Origin: a virus | Lineage: Duplodnaviria; Caudoviricetes | Length of the DNA: 57,795 bases | Strand: one strand, 5' to 3' | Virus record (IMG/VR): IMGVR_UViG_3300031857_000216 | Span: 1-57,795 of that record | In this document: one piece after another, positions 1-9,114 of the stretch | Position numbering within the stretch: the first letter of the stretch is position 1 | Layout: each line of letters starts with the position of its first letter | The notes under the pieces: generated by a model | The model's database searches: none | Seen by the model: only the letters and a program-made list of their open reading frames with translations | Told to the model about the DNA's origin: nothing | Program-made: the position numbers and the translations under genes

Positions 1-385
1 TCGTCTGCGCCGTCTTACCAAGACCAGGCTCGTCGGCAAGCAGCGCGCGGCGCGCCGTCGAGAGGAATGCAACGCCGGCGCGCTGATGAGGAAACAGGTC
101 CTCGTCGCCGTCGTAGGTGTCAAGATCTCGGAGGGCATTGGATGGGTCAACGCGCGCGGTACGCTCGTTGGACGCCCACTCGGTCAGCCTCGGACCAATC
201 TCGAGGTCAGACTTGAACACGGAACGGAGGGCAAGGCAGGACGCCCAGCTCAACGGGACGCGCCACGCGCCCTCGGCGGCGTTCCACGTCGCACCTGGGA
301 TGCTCTTGCACAACTCCTTGTAGCGCCACTCCGTGTTGATACGGATGTGCTCGCCTGTCTCGTTGAGCTCTACTGTTACCGGCAC
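1..385 (-). CDS. SNF2/DEAD-like helicase, N-terminal part (truncated by window edge)
   Basis: Not in the ORF track. Manual translation from GTG 385 (RBS GAGGTG) gives MPVTVELNETG...LFPHQRAGVAFLSTARRALLADEPGLGKTAQT, i.e. the SNF2 Q-motif plus Walker A (LADEPGLGKT). Confidence 0.85.
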   Translation of the reverse strand, partial: MPVTVELNETGEHIRINTEWRYKELCKSIPGATWNAAEGAWRVPLSWASCLALRSVFKSDLEIGPRLTEWASNERTARVDPSNALRDLDTYDGDEDLFPHQRAGVAFLSTARRALLADEPGLGKTAQT

Positions 386-489
386 CTAAACACCTCGTTG
401 TCGTCATTTCGTCGTGATGAACACTGTATCATATACTAAGCAGAAAAAGATGAAGTCTGCTACTTTTTTCTTAGTATCTTTCAGGGGTT

Positions 490-960
490 TTATTGGAGGA
501 GCCTCCGCGGGGTCCACCCATTCTTCGCAAGGAAGAGCAGGCCATGTCGGATCGCGTCCAGAGCGTGGCCGCCGCCGCCGCGGTGCCAGTACTCGAGCTT
601 CTTCAGGGCCTCGTTGGGGAACATCCGCTTGGCGTCGGACGGGCTCTGATACTTGAGCTCGTTATCGCTTATACCGGCGTCCCTCATGATCTGCTTGAGC
701 ACGCCGATCTGCTCGAGGCTGTAGGGAGCCTGCGAGTTGCGAACCGTCTGCGCGTTGATCGTGAACCGCTCGCAAACGATGTCGAGAACGTAGTCCTCGC
801 TGATCGCCTTCGCGATGATGCCCCTGATCGGGGCAGCAAACTCGTCGGGCTGAACCTCGGCGCTCCACTCAAGCACAGGCTCTGTGTCCTTCGGGGTCCA
901 GGTAAAGCACGACACGCCGGTGGCCTTTCCGGGGTCAACGGCCAGGATCATTCTTTTCAT
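490..960 (-). CDS. RuvC-like Holliday junction resolvase / RNase H-fold nuclease
   Basis: ILAVDPGKATG, IVCERF and HALDAIRH acidic motifs. Start probably ATG 960 (RBS GGAGAG). Confidence 0.75.
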   Translation of the reverse strand: MKRMILAVDPGKATGVSCFTWTPKDTEPVLEWSAEVQPDEFAAPIRGIIAKAISEDYVLDIVCERFTINAQTVRNSQAPYSLEQIGVLKQIMRDAGISDNELKYQSPSDAKRMFPNEALKKLEYWHRGGGGHALDAIRHGLLFLAKNGWTPRRLLQ

Positions 961-961
961 A

Positions 962-2785
962 TCAGTACTTCTCTCCCCAGGTCTCAAGTGGACCGTCGAT
1001 GCCGGAGGTCAGCGGGACCGCCCACCCCTCACGCGTCGTCATGCATTCCTTGACGATACGCATGATCTCCTCGGCGTCCTTACGCGGCGCCTGTAGCACG
1101 ATCTCGTCGTGCACCGGAACGATAAGCAGCTCGGTGAGATCTGCCTGGTCGAGCTTCACGAGGTTTGCCTTGAACACCTCGGCGGCGCCGCCCTGGATGA
1201 GGTAGTTGACCAGCGTGTAGACTCGATTCTCGTCACATGGAATGCGCCGTCCGGTCCAGGTGTAGATGTAGCCTTGGCCCTCCGTCTTGAGTCGGCGCAT
1301 TCCGATGTCCTCAATCTGACGCTGGAAGTGAACCATGCCGGGGAACCTACCATCGAACGCGTCTGACACGGACTTCATCTGCGCCTCATGAACGTTAGCG
1401 GTCAGCGCCTGCTTCGCAACGCCGGCGCCGTAGAGACGACCATAGATCATGCTCTTGATAAGACCGCGGCGCTTGTCTGATCTGCCCATCGACGGGTCGT
1501 TGTACACCTCGCGACCGATCTCGGTGAACGGGTCGGAACCTGTAGCGTCTGCCATGTTGAACAGACTGATGAGGTTGTCGTCCTGCGACAGACTTGCGAA
1601 CATTCGGAACTCGACCTGGTCGAGGTCGGACGTGATGATGACGTGGTCGTCGTCCTTCGGAATGAAGGCGCGGCGCACAACGTCGTCGCCCTTGGGCAGA
1701 GTCTGAAGAGCTGGGTTGGTGATCGACATGCGAGATGTTCGCGCGCCGAGCGTCCTAACGGACGGATGAACAAACCCGTCAACAGACTCGGTGAGGAAGT
1801 TGGAGAAGTAGGTGTTGGCAAGCTTATCAGCCTTACGCTGCTTGAGCACGATGTCGGCAAGATTGGATACCGCCTCGTTGCCGTCACGGATAAGCATCTT
1901 GAGCTGATCCTTGGTGCATGACTTCTGCCCGGTAGGAGTGTATTCGGTGATCTCGGCACCGAGGCTCTCAAAGAGACGAACGAGCTGAACGTTGCTCGTG
2001 ATGGAGGTGCCGCCGTACGTCTGCTTGGCCCAGTCCTTCACCGAGTTGGCGTAGTTCGTGAGCTCGTCGTACTTCCTCCTGGAGTAGTCAAGGTCGACGC
2101 GGGCACCATTGATCTCCATGCGGGTGACGATTCTACGCGTCGCCATCTCGAGCTCGTATGGGCGATGGTACGGGCCGTCGGGTCCGCACTTCTCGTAGAA
2201 CATCTCCCACAGCCGCGTCGTGAGCACGCAGTCCAGCGCGCCGTACGACCAATACGGCTGGAAGCTTGTCGGGACGGTTCCCCACGTCCAACCGTTCTTC
2301 GCAAGCTCCGCGTCGAGCGTGTCCTGTAGCGCGACCGCGCGGCCATCAATGTGCAGCGCCGCCAACCGCTTGAGAGCGCCGGACCCGAGCGGGTCGATGA
2401 TGTGCGCCATGATCATGGTGTCGTGCGCGCGGTGCCACGGCAGATCCCAGCGAGACTGAACGGCAAACCATCGTGCCTCAAACGCAATGTTGTGGCAGAT
2501 GATCGGACCATCAAAGCGATCCATGCCCTCGTAGAAGACGCCCTTCCACTCGTCCCAAGGGATTGACCAGCCCTGCTGGCCATCGCCTACCTGGACGAGA
2601 CGCAGACGACCGTGCCACGGCGATAGCGCGTGGTCGCGTGGGTTGCCGGGCAGCTCGCCGGTTTCTGTGTCAACCGACACCGCGTTGTGAGGACGGCGCT
2701 GGCCGAGCCACTCAAGAAACTCGCGCGCCTTCTCAGTAGAGTCTACGAGATGGAGCTGTACTCCAGAAAGATCCTCAGTTGCCAT
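962..2785 (-). CDS. polA: DNA polymerase family A (3'-5' exonuclease + polymerase, no 5' nuclease)
   Basis: Exo motifs VDTETG, HNIAFE, DTM and YGALD. Pol motif A DLDQVEFR, motif B RGLIKSMIYGRLYG, motif C VHDEIV. Start at ATG 2785 overlaps the upstream gene. Confidence 0.95.
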   Translation of the reverse strand: MATEDLSGVQLHLVDSTEKAREFLEWLGQRRPHNAVSVDTETGELPGNPRDHALSPWHGRLRLVQVGDGQQGWSIPWDEWKGVFYEGMDRFDGPIICHNIAFEARWFAVQSRWDLPWHRAHDTMIMAHIIDPLGSGALKRLAALHIDGRAVALQDTLDAELAKNGWTWGTVPTSFQPYWSYGALDCVLTTRLWEMFYEKCGPDGPYHRPYELEMATRRIVTRMEINGARVDLDYSRRKYDELTNYANSVKDWAKQTYGGTSITSNVQLVRLFESLGAEITEYTPTGQKSCTKDQLKMLIRDGNEAVSNLADIVLKQRKADKLANTYFSNFLTESVDGFVHPSVRTLGARTSRMSITNPALQTLPKGDDVVRRAFIPKDDDHVIITSDLDQVEFRMFASLSQDDNLISLFNMADATGSDPFTEIGREVYNDPSMGRSDKRRGLIKSMIYGRLYGAGVAKQALTANVHEAQMKSVSDAFDGRFPGMVHFQRQIEDIGMRRLKTEGQGYIYTWTGRRIPCDENRVYTLVNYLIQGGAAEVFKANLVKLDQADLTELLIVPVHDEIVLQAPRKDAEEIMRIVKECMTTREGWAVPLTSGIDGPLETWGEKY

Positions 2786-3281
2786 TGTCACTCCCGCCTT
2801 CAACCACGACCACCTCAACGCCACACGTCTTGAGATAATCAAGAACCTTGTACGGATCACGATGCATGTCTGCCTCACTGATCATGCATACCACACGGGT
2901 GATACCGGAATTGGAAATCAGCTTGGCGCACGCGTCGCAAGGCGGGCTGACAATATACATCGTACCGCCAAGACTCTTCGACCTGTCAACGTAGAGAAGG
3001 GCGTTCGCCTCGGCATGAATAGCCGGGCACCCTGTGTACTCGGTTCCGAGAGACGTTACGCCCTGAGCCCGCTCGCACCAGTTGATGCACTGCCCCTGCT
3101 TGGGCCAGTTCGCGGCCGGGCCGTTGTATCCGGTGGCTACGATGTGCTGGTCACTCGAGACGATAACGGCGCCCATCTGCGCGCGCGAGCATCGAGATCT
3201 CTTGGCCACCAGCGCGGCCACACCAAGCCATGTTTCATCCCACGTCGGTCTGTCGTCAGTCGTCATCGCCTTCTTCGTCAT
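2775..3281 (-). CDS. dCMP deaminase (cytidine/deoxycytidylate deaminase family)
   Basis: RPTWD, RSRC, GYNG, HAEANA and PPCDAC Zn-deaminase motifs. Alternative start at 3266. Confidence 0.9.
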   Translation of the reverse strand: MTKKAMTTDDRPTWDETWLGVAALVAKRSRCSRAQMGAVIVSSDQHIVATGYNGPAANWPKQGQCINWCERAQGVTSLGTEYTGCPAIHAEANALLYVDRSKSLGGTMYIVSPPCDACAKLISNSGITRVVCMISEADMHRDPYKVLDYLKTCGVEVVVVEGGSDNGN

Positions 3282-3453
3282 TCTCGTAATCGGACATGTT
3301 GTTGATGGCGAACACCATCACCTTGGACACGAGCTCAAGCGCGTCACGACGGGAGAAGCCGGCCTCCTTGAGAGTGCAATACATCTCGTGCATTGACACG
3401 GCTGCCTCAAGCAGCGGAGATCTCTGGCCGAACTCCTCCTCGTAGTCTCTCAT
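3256..3453 (-). CDS. small hypothetical phage protein
   Basis: 65 aa, ATGA-coupled to the upstream gene; LKEAGFSRRDALEL. Confidence 0.7.
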   Translation of the reverse strand: MRDYEEEFGQRSPLLEAAVSMHEMYCTLKEAGFSRRDALELVSKVMVFAINNMSDYENDEEGDDD

Positions 3454-4295
3454 CGCTGCTCTTTCTCCTTGTTGCGCTCAATCGCCTTGAGCATGGCATC
3501 AGCGTACCACGCCTCCTGTGACGTAAGAGCAACGTGGTCTGTCTTGCCCTTGGCGGCAAGAAGCGCAAGAAGGCCGGACGCCTCAATGGCGCCCCAGGTA
3601 GATCCGGTAATCGGCGGGATCTCCACGATTTGATCGGTCTTCGTAAGCTGCTCGGCGGCGTCGTAGTGCTGCTCGTAGATGTGGAGCGACCCGACGTGGT
3701 GAGCGTACTTACCAGGCTCGATGCCAAGAACGCTTGCCATAGCGATCTGCACGCGAGTAAACTGGAAGAAGTCGTAGGCCGCGCCAAGCCATACGTCGTT
3801 GGACCGCATGTAGACGCTCATGTTGAGCTTGTTGTTGCGGATGCGGAACTGATGAAGAACGGTGCACGGGTAGTCACGCTTGTTTGGTTGATTGTCGTAG
3901 TCCGGGTTCCAGATTGTGACGACGGCCTGCCGCGAGTTCGGGTCGAGCTGAAGCTTCTGCACGACGTGCGCGTACTGGCCCCTGGTGCGTAGACCATACG
4001 CGCCGTGGAAGATTCCGTTGTCCTCGGCGAAGTTCTTGAACTGCGGACCGACGGCAATCACGACGTCGGGAAAGCTGGTGCCTGACAGAAGCTGGCACGC
4101 CTCAACGGCGCCGATGCCGGGAACCGCGTTGCGGCCCACCTTCATGGGCAGCGTGTTGTAGACGTCGTCGATGAGGATTACGGCGTCCTCAATCTCGCGA
4201 GTCTTCATGCCGCGCGGTGCGACCTCATCGCCGTGGCGAAGAACATGCTGAACAAGATCAACGTAGCCGTTGACGCCGTTCTCAATCTCAATCAT
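3450..4295 (-). CDS. thymidylate synthase-superfamily protein with dCMP-type Asp (candidate dCMP hydroxymethylase/methylase)
   Basis: SRQAV, DYPCT catalytic Cys, MRSNDVWLGAAYD and SLHIY motifs. ATG 4295 overlaps the kinase stop (ATGA). Confidence 0.9.
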   Translation of the reverse strand: MIEIENGVNGYVDLVQHVLRHGDEVAPRGMKTREIEDAVILIDDVYNTLPMKVGRNAVPGIGAVEACQLLSGTSFPDVVIAVGPQFKNFAEDNGIFHGAYGLRTRGQYAHVVQKLQLDPNSRQAVVTIWNPDYDNQPNKRDYPCTVLHQFRIRNNKLNMSVYMRSNDVWLGAAYDFFQFTRVQIAMASVLGIEPGKYAHHVGSLHIYEQHYDAAEQLTKTDQIVEIPPITGSTWGAIEASGLLALLAAKGKTDHVALTSQEAWYADAMLKAIERNKEKEQR

Positions 4296-5302
4296 TGAAG
4301 TTCCCATTCTCCTACGCTTTCTCTCTTGCTGATTTTTTGGATGGCGACCCCGTACTCATGACAGTCAGAGTAGCGGAAGCGGCGAACGTATTGCGGATGC
4401 GGCAGCGTGACGTAGTCGTCGGCGTGTATCGTTGTCCGCAGCACCGCCTTCTCCGCAAGACGACCAAGCGCGGCCACCGGCGGGCTGCCAAGATCACGAT
4501 GCAACGCGCCGAGGCGGGCTGGATCGATCTCGTTGCCGTTCACGATTCCGACCGTCTGCCAGAAGCCGTCAGGTAGCCCGCGCATGAGGAAGTCGCCGGA
4601 GCTTGTGGATACCGGCATGAACGGTAGGATCGTCTCCTCGCCGAACTCCTCGGTGATGTTGCGCCTATCGCCGACGATCAGCACTGATGGAGTTGGGACG
4701 CCAATGTACTCGGGGTACGCGCCAAGAAATCTGGCCTTGTTCGCGATCTCCGCGGCGATGTCAAGAATACGGCGCGCGTACGCGGGATACTCGCGCATTG
4801 GCATGTCACCAGGTGAAAGCACGTCGGCAAGAATAGCCTCGTTCACACTGGTACGTGAGTACTCCTTGTGGATTGTTGACAGCTCATCAAGATTGACGAA
4901 GTCGTCGCCGCGAGAGCCTACGCGCTTGATGATCACGTCAATCGGCTGATACAGCAGAAACTGAGCCATTCCTCGAGATTGCATGAACAGCTCGACCCAG
5001 CGCCAGCCAGACTTGCCGAGTAGACCGTATCCATCCGTGTTGGTATGAGGACGCTTGAGCGGCGCGTACGTGCGCTCGCCCCAGTGCCAGCGATCGGCCA
5101 GGTGAATCTCGTCAAACAGGTTGACGTTCTGAAGATCAATCGCATATTCCTTGAGCAGGCAGCGACGCGTCTCCTCGGGCGGCCTACCCTTGTGATGCTT
5201 GATGATCTTAAGGTCGGGCTGCTCGGCAAGCAGCTCCTCCTCGAGCGCCGCGATCAGCGTGCTCTTACCGGAGCCGTCGCAACCTTCGATTGCAATAAAC
5301 AT
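4292..5302 (-). CDS. thymidylate/dNMP kinase fused to a uracil-DNA-glycosylase-like domain
   Basis: N-terminal P-loop FIAIEGCDGSGKST and DRWHWGE. C-terminal YIGVPTPSVLIVGD, LPF..SG.FL, VAALGR.A and LPHPQY resemble UDG-superfamily motifs. Confidence 0.75.
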   Translation of the reverse strand: MFIAIEGCDGSGKSTLIAALEEELLAEQPDLKIIKHHKGRPPEETRRCLLKEYAIDLQNVNLFDEIHLADRWHWGERTYAPLKRPHTNTDGYGLLGKSGWRWVELFMQSRGMAQFLLYQPIDVIIKRVGSRGDDFVNLDELSTIHKEYSRTSVNEAILADVLSPGDMPMREYPAYARRILDIAAEIANKARFLGAYPEYIGVPTPSVLIVGDRRNITEEFGEETILPFMPVSTSSGDFLMRGLPDGFWQTVGIVNGNEIDPARLGALHRDLGSPPVAALGRLAEKAVLRTTIHADDYVTLPHPQYVRRFRYSDCHEYGVAIQKISKRESVGEWELQ

Positions 5303-5335
5303 GTCGTTCGTCCTTATCCTGGGTAGAGGATTATA

Positions 5336-5806
5336 TCAGGGAATCATCTCAATTCTGTAAACAGCCTCGATGCCCTTGTCTAGATCCGATGCCGACTCAA
5401 GAAGGCGCTGAGCAACGTGGGTCAGGTATCGCGACCCGCTGTTGTCGTACTTGTAGAGCGCCTCAAGAACGGCGGACGCGTCGTCGCTGACCTGCGCCCA
5501 GTATCGGTTCTTCTCAGGAAAGATCACCGGAGCGTGAAGCGACGGGCGGCACTCGTCGCACGGAGTAACCTCGTGACGAATCTCTCTCGTGTCGATCTCC
5601 TGAAGCCCGTAGCGCTTCACAAGTTGGCACGCGCCGGTGTGATAGATCACCGAGACACCGACGCGCGAAAGAACGTAGGAGCCGTTGTCGGTCTTGTAGA
5701 GCTCAAACTCGATCCAGCGGTTGGAACCGCGCCGCCACGAGGACGACTTGCCGAGGAGCTTCCCATTGAACTGTAGGATCCGAGATCCGTCTTTTACTTC
5801 GATCAT
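5336..5806 (-). CDS. hypothetical phage protein
   Basis: Clean ORF from ATG 5806 (MIEVKDG), with H..C and CDEC possible Zn ligands and its own -10 element upstream. Confidence 0.75.
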   Translation of the reverse strand: MIEVKDGSRILQFNGKLLGKSSSWRRGSNRWIEFELYKTDNGSYVLSRVGVSVIYHTGACQLVKRYGLQEIDTREIRHEVTPCDECRPSLHAPVIFPEKNRYWAQVSDDASAVLEALYKYDNSGSRYLTHVAQRLLESASDLDKGIEAVYRIEMIP

Positions 5807-5876
5807 TTTAGTGTCTTTCCCGTGACTTGACACTCATCATAACATGGTTTGAATATGAGATGTGTATCATTTCTGG

Positions 5877-7040
5877 CTATTCTCCTAGACGGGCCTCAAG
5901 CGCCTCGACGCGCTTGATGAGCTCCTGCACACCCTTGACGGTCAGCGCCGTGACGGCGCGCTGATCCCAGTCGACGGGCTTGAACTCCGAGAAGTCCTCG
6001 TAGGTCATCGTCTCGGGGTCCTTATTACTCCACCACTCGCTGTCCGGCGCGTCAAACGCCGCCAGGTTGCGGTTGACCTCGGCGATCTCCTCGGCGATGA
6101 ATCCATACGCGGTGTACTCATCCGACATGCGGCGACCGATGTCGTCAACACCCTCCGGGTATTTGTAGTTGAACGAGCGAGGCTGCAGGGCGGCGATTGT
6201 TGAGAGTGCGGCGTCGCCGTCAATGTCAACGATGTTTCGCTTGATCTCAACGGTTGAGCTTGAGCGACCAATGAAGTAGACGCCAAAGACGGTGCCGGAG
6301 AACAGCGTCACGGTCGGCGAGACGATTGTTGGCCAGTTTGGTATGGAGATGTAGTTCGTGTTAGTGACGACGTCTCCACCAGACTCCACGCGGTTAGGGC
6401 GCAGGTAGGTGGTGTACGTAGTCACGCCGTCATTGTCAAAGATCTCGATCCAAAAGTCGGCCAAGGCACCGGTTTTAATCGTTACGCTTTTTCCTCTAAC
6501 GCCGTCTACCTCATCAAACGACACCAATATTAAATCGTTTGTTATGAGCACCTCCTCCTGCTCGTATCCGCTGTAGCTTGGTGAGTATAGCGGCTCAAAC
6601 GTCCCAGCAGGGGCAACGTACCTAAACTCGTTTGCGCTAAACCCGCCGTAGGTCTGAGTGGAGTATGTTGACGCGGGGTTGCCGTCTGGATCCTCCGGGT
6701 TTGGAATATCAAGGTTTGCGACGGTTTTGTTTACCGCGATGCGATAGGACTGCAGTGTCCCTGCACCAAATGTATCCGTGTTGTCGGTGATCTCAATGGT
6801 GCCGATGTCGGCACCAATGATCGAGTTGATGCTCACGGCCGCAAGACTTTCTGAGTACGAGATTGCGTCGGTCGTGATTGACCAGCCGGCAATCTGTCCG
6901 CCGGTAATCTCGATGTTGCCGAGGCTGGCGACGCTCGTGGCGTTTGAACCGCGACGCTTCTCGAGCTTGCTCAGCCTGGTGTCGTGGTCGCTGAAGCGCT
7001 TGCCGATGGTGCGCTTGCTTCTCCTAAGATTACTCGCCAA
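5877..7040 (-). CDS. tail fiber/spike with C-terminal intramolecular chaperone (peptidase S74-like)
   Basis: SSS..IKRNI, GFIAEEIAEV and terminal coiled coil VQELIKRVEALEARL. Start codon uncertain (TTG 7040). Confidence 0.8.
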   Translation of the reverse strand: MASNLRRSKRTIGKRFSDHDTRLSKLEKRRGSNATSVASLGNIEITGGQIAGWSITTDAISYSESLAAVSINSIIGADIGTIEITDNTDTFGAGTLQSYRIAVNKTVANLDIPNPEDPDGNPASTYSTQTYGGFSANEFRYVAPAGTFEPLYSPSYSGYEQEEVLITNDLILVSFDEVDGVRGKSVTIKTGALADFWIEIFDNDGVTTYTTYLRPNRVESGGDVVTNTNYISIPNWPTIVSPTVTLFSGTVFGVYFIGRSSSTVEIKRNIVDIDGDAALSTIAALQPRSFNYKYPEGVDDIGRRMSDEYTAYGFIAEEIAEVNRNLAAFDAPDSEWWSNKDPETMTYEDFSEFKPVDWDQRAVTALTVKGVQELIKRVEALEARLGE

Positions 7041-9072
7041 CTTTATCAATCTCCGGTTCTTGGATCAGCCTAAGCCGAACGTTCTCTGGGAATGCGGGGT
7101 TGTTTGGTACGCTTACCGAGAATCCCTCGATCTTGCGCACGATGATGTCTGTCCGCGGCTCAAGGTTGCTTGCTAGGCGAAGCAGAACAAAAGGATCGTT
7201 GATGATCAGCGCGCACCAGTCTCCGGGCCTGTAGGTGTTGACGGTCGGTGAAAGCGAGCCGTTGACGGAGATGGTGAAGTCCCCGAGCGGCGGGCGAAAC
7301 TCCGATAGGTAGCGCCTCGCATGATCGTACAGGTCGTCCTCGTCGAAGACATCGTTCTTTGATGTCTCGGCGTCAAGAAGCGGCCATCCGGCCGTCAGCA
7401 GGTCGTTTGCCGTCGCAACGGAGTACGGCTGGCTTGCATCGCTACCCAGCGTGCTGTCGTTGCCGACGACAAAGAATCTAGTTGCGGCGTCTTCGGCAGA
7501 CTCGCGAAGCTCGACGTCGTTGATGTTTCCGGGATACTCAAAGACGTAGTACTGAGCGCCATACCGCGACAGCGGCGGTGCCTCGCCTGGCGCCAGCGGC
7601 GGGTCAGGTTCGGGAAAGTCAATTGGAATAAAGACAAACGTTCTCGTGAACGAGTTTGTCATCGGGTCAAACTCGCAGTCGATGCGATACTCAAACCCAT
7701 TCAGCGCGTCCGCGTACTCATCGAGCTCGTCTCCGACGGATCGCTGCTCAAAGCCGCGAATGATCTTGTTCGTGACGTGCGTCTCTCCGCTGTAGCTTTC
7801 AGTCGAAAAGTCGATGAGCGGGTCGGCGTTTGCCGGAAACGATCCATACGTTCCATAGATTATTGACGGAGTCTTTGTTACCGTTCCGCCCACGCTGGTT
7901 GTAAGCGATGGAACCTTTACGTTGCTGTCGCTTTTAAAGATAATGATCGGATTCGGAGTCGTGAAGATCTGAGTGATTCGCCTAAGACCGTTGAAGATAA
8001 CATCGCGCCCGGAGGCATCGTCAACTCCTGCAACAACGACGTAGTCACCAACGGAGAACCCGTGAGCAACGGACGTTTGAATTGCTGCGATAAATAGCGG
8101 AAGAGGGAATATTACGTTTGTTGGATCAGACGCACCCTTCTTTACGACGCTTCTTGTGACGGATGAAACGGTTGCGGGTGCCACGTTTGCAAAGTCAAGG
8201 GCAAAGCTGATTGTGGTATCTGTTATAGCGGTAACCTCATGATAGCCGTCATACGGCGATCCCATGTTCACGACCTGCAGCGTTTGGCCAACAGACAGCT
8301 CGTGACCTGGACACGTTAGCGTCGCAACTCCGTCCGTGATCTCCCTGGCGGTGATCGTCGCGGTAAACTCCTTCGACGGCATGATCTCGTCGTTGGGAAA
8401 ATCAACGTTGATGAAGTCATTGAACATGTGCCGCATAAGGCTGCGAACGTAGTCGTAGGTGTCGACGCGAACGATGACGGTCACGCTGGTATAGGTGCCG
8501 TTTGGTATCGGGCTGCCGTTTTCATCCTCAATCTCGACTGAGAACGTCGTTGACGTCGGCGCCGGACTGGAAAGAATCGTCTTGACGCCGGAGTACCTAA
8601 AGTTTCCAGTCTCGATGAATGACACGCGCACAGGCATGCCGGCAGCAAACGCAAACTCTCCGCTCGAGATCGTTACGGCGCCAACGCCTAGGCTGCCCGA
8701 CACAACGATGGACGCGGTAAAGTCGTTGCTGTATGTCTTCCAGATGTTCCGCTTGTAGAGGTAGCTTGTAAACTCAGTACCGTTGACGGAAAGCATTCTG
8801 TCCTTGAGAGAGTACGACCGCGACCAGATGATTCCGCCCCACACGCACTCGCCGTTTCTTACGACGTACAGCGCGGTCTTGCCGGGCATCGTGTTCTCGT
8901 ATAGCGAGTAGATGTCGGTGGCGTCAACCACGGGAATCTTCCCACTGAACGTGCCGGCGCCGTTGAGGGCGCGCTCATATGACACGTCGCTGAACGGCAC
9001 CTCCTCGATGACAACGTTTGTCAAAAAGTCAGCAAGGAAGTAGCGATACTCTGCTACCGTTACCGTCGCCAT
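7030..9072 (-). CDS. minor tail/baseplate hub protein (ReqiPepy6 Gp37-like) with inserted beta domains
   Basis: N-terminal YERALNGAGTFSG...YVVRNGECVWGGIIW and C-terminal FEYPGNI, GWPLL, YRPGDW. Lies downstream of the tape measure and Dit genes. Confidence 0.75.
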   Translation of the reverse strand: MATVTVAEYRYFLADFLTNVVIEEVPFSDVSYERALNGAGTFSGKIPVVDATDIYSLYENTMPGKTALYVVRNGECVWGGIIWSRSYSLKDRMLSVNGTEFTSYLYKRNIWKTYSNDFTASIVVSGSLGVGAVTISSGEFAFAAGMPVRVSFIETGNFRYSGVKTILSSPAPTSTTFSVEIEDENGSPIPNGTYTSVTVIVRVDTYDYVRSLMRHMFNDFINVDFPNDEIMPSKEFTATITAREITDGVATLTCPGHELSVGQTLQVVNMGSPYDGYHEVTAITDTTISFALDFANVAPATVSSVTRSVVKKGASDPTNVIFPLPLFIAAIQTSVAHGFSVGDYVVVAGVDDASGRDVIFNGLRRITQIFTTPNPIIIFKSDSNVKVPSLTTSVGGTVTKTPSIIYGTYGSFPANADPLIDFSTESYSGETHVTNKIIRGFEQRSVGDELDEYADALNGFEYRIDCEFDPMTNSFTRTFVFIPIDFPEPDPPLAPGEAPPLSRYGAQYYVFEYPGNINDVELRESAEDAATRFFVVGNDSTLGSDASQPYSVATANDLLTAGWPLLDAETSKNDVFDEDDLYDHARRYLSEFRPPLGDFTISVNGSLSPTVNTYRPGDWCALIINDPFVLLRLASNLEPRTDIIVRKIEGFSVSVPNNPAFPENVRLRLIQEPEIDKVGE

Positions 9073-9114
9073 TGCTTGTTCTCCACGTCAACTCGTCGCT
9101 TTGCCTGGCACATA

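Noticed and set aside
3450-4295. Annotation as ordinary thyA
   Set aside because: Asp at the Asn177-equivalent position argues against a confident dUMP-specific call.
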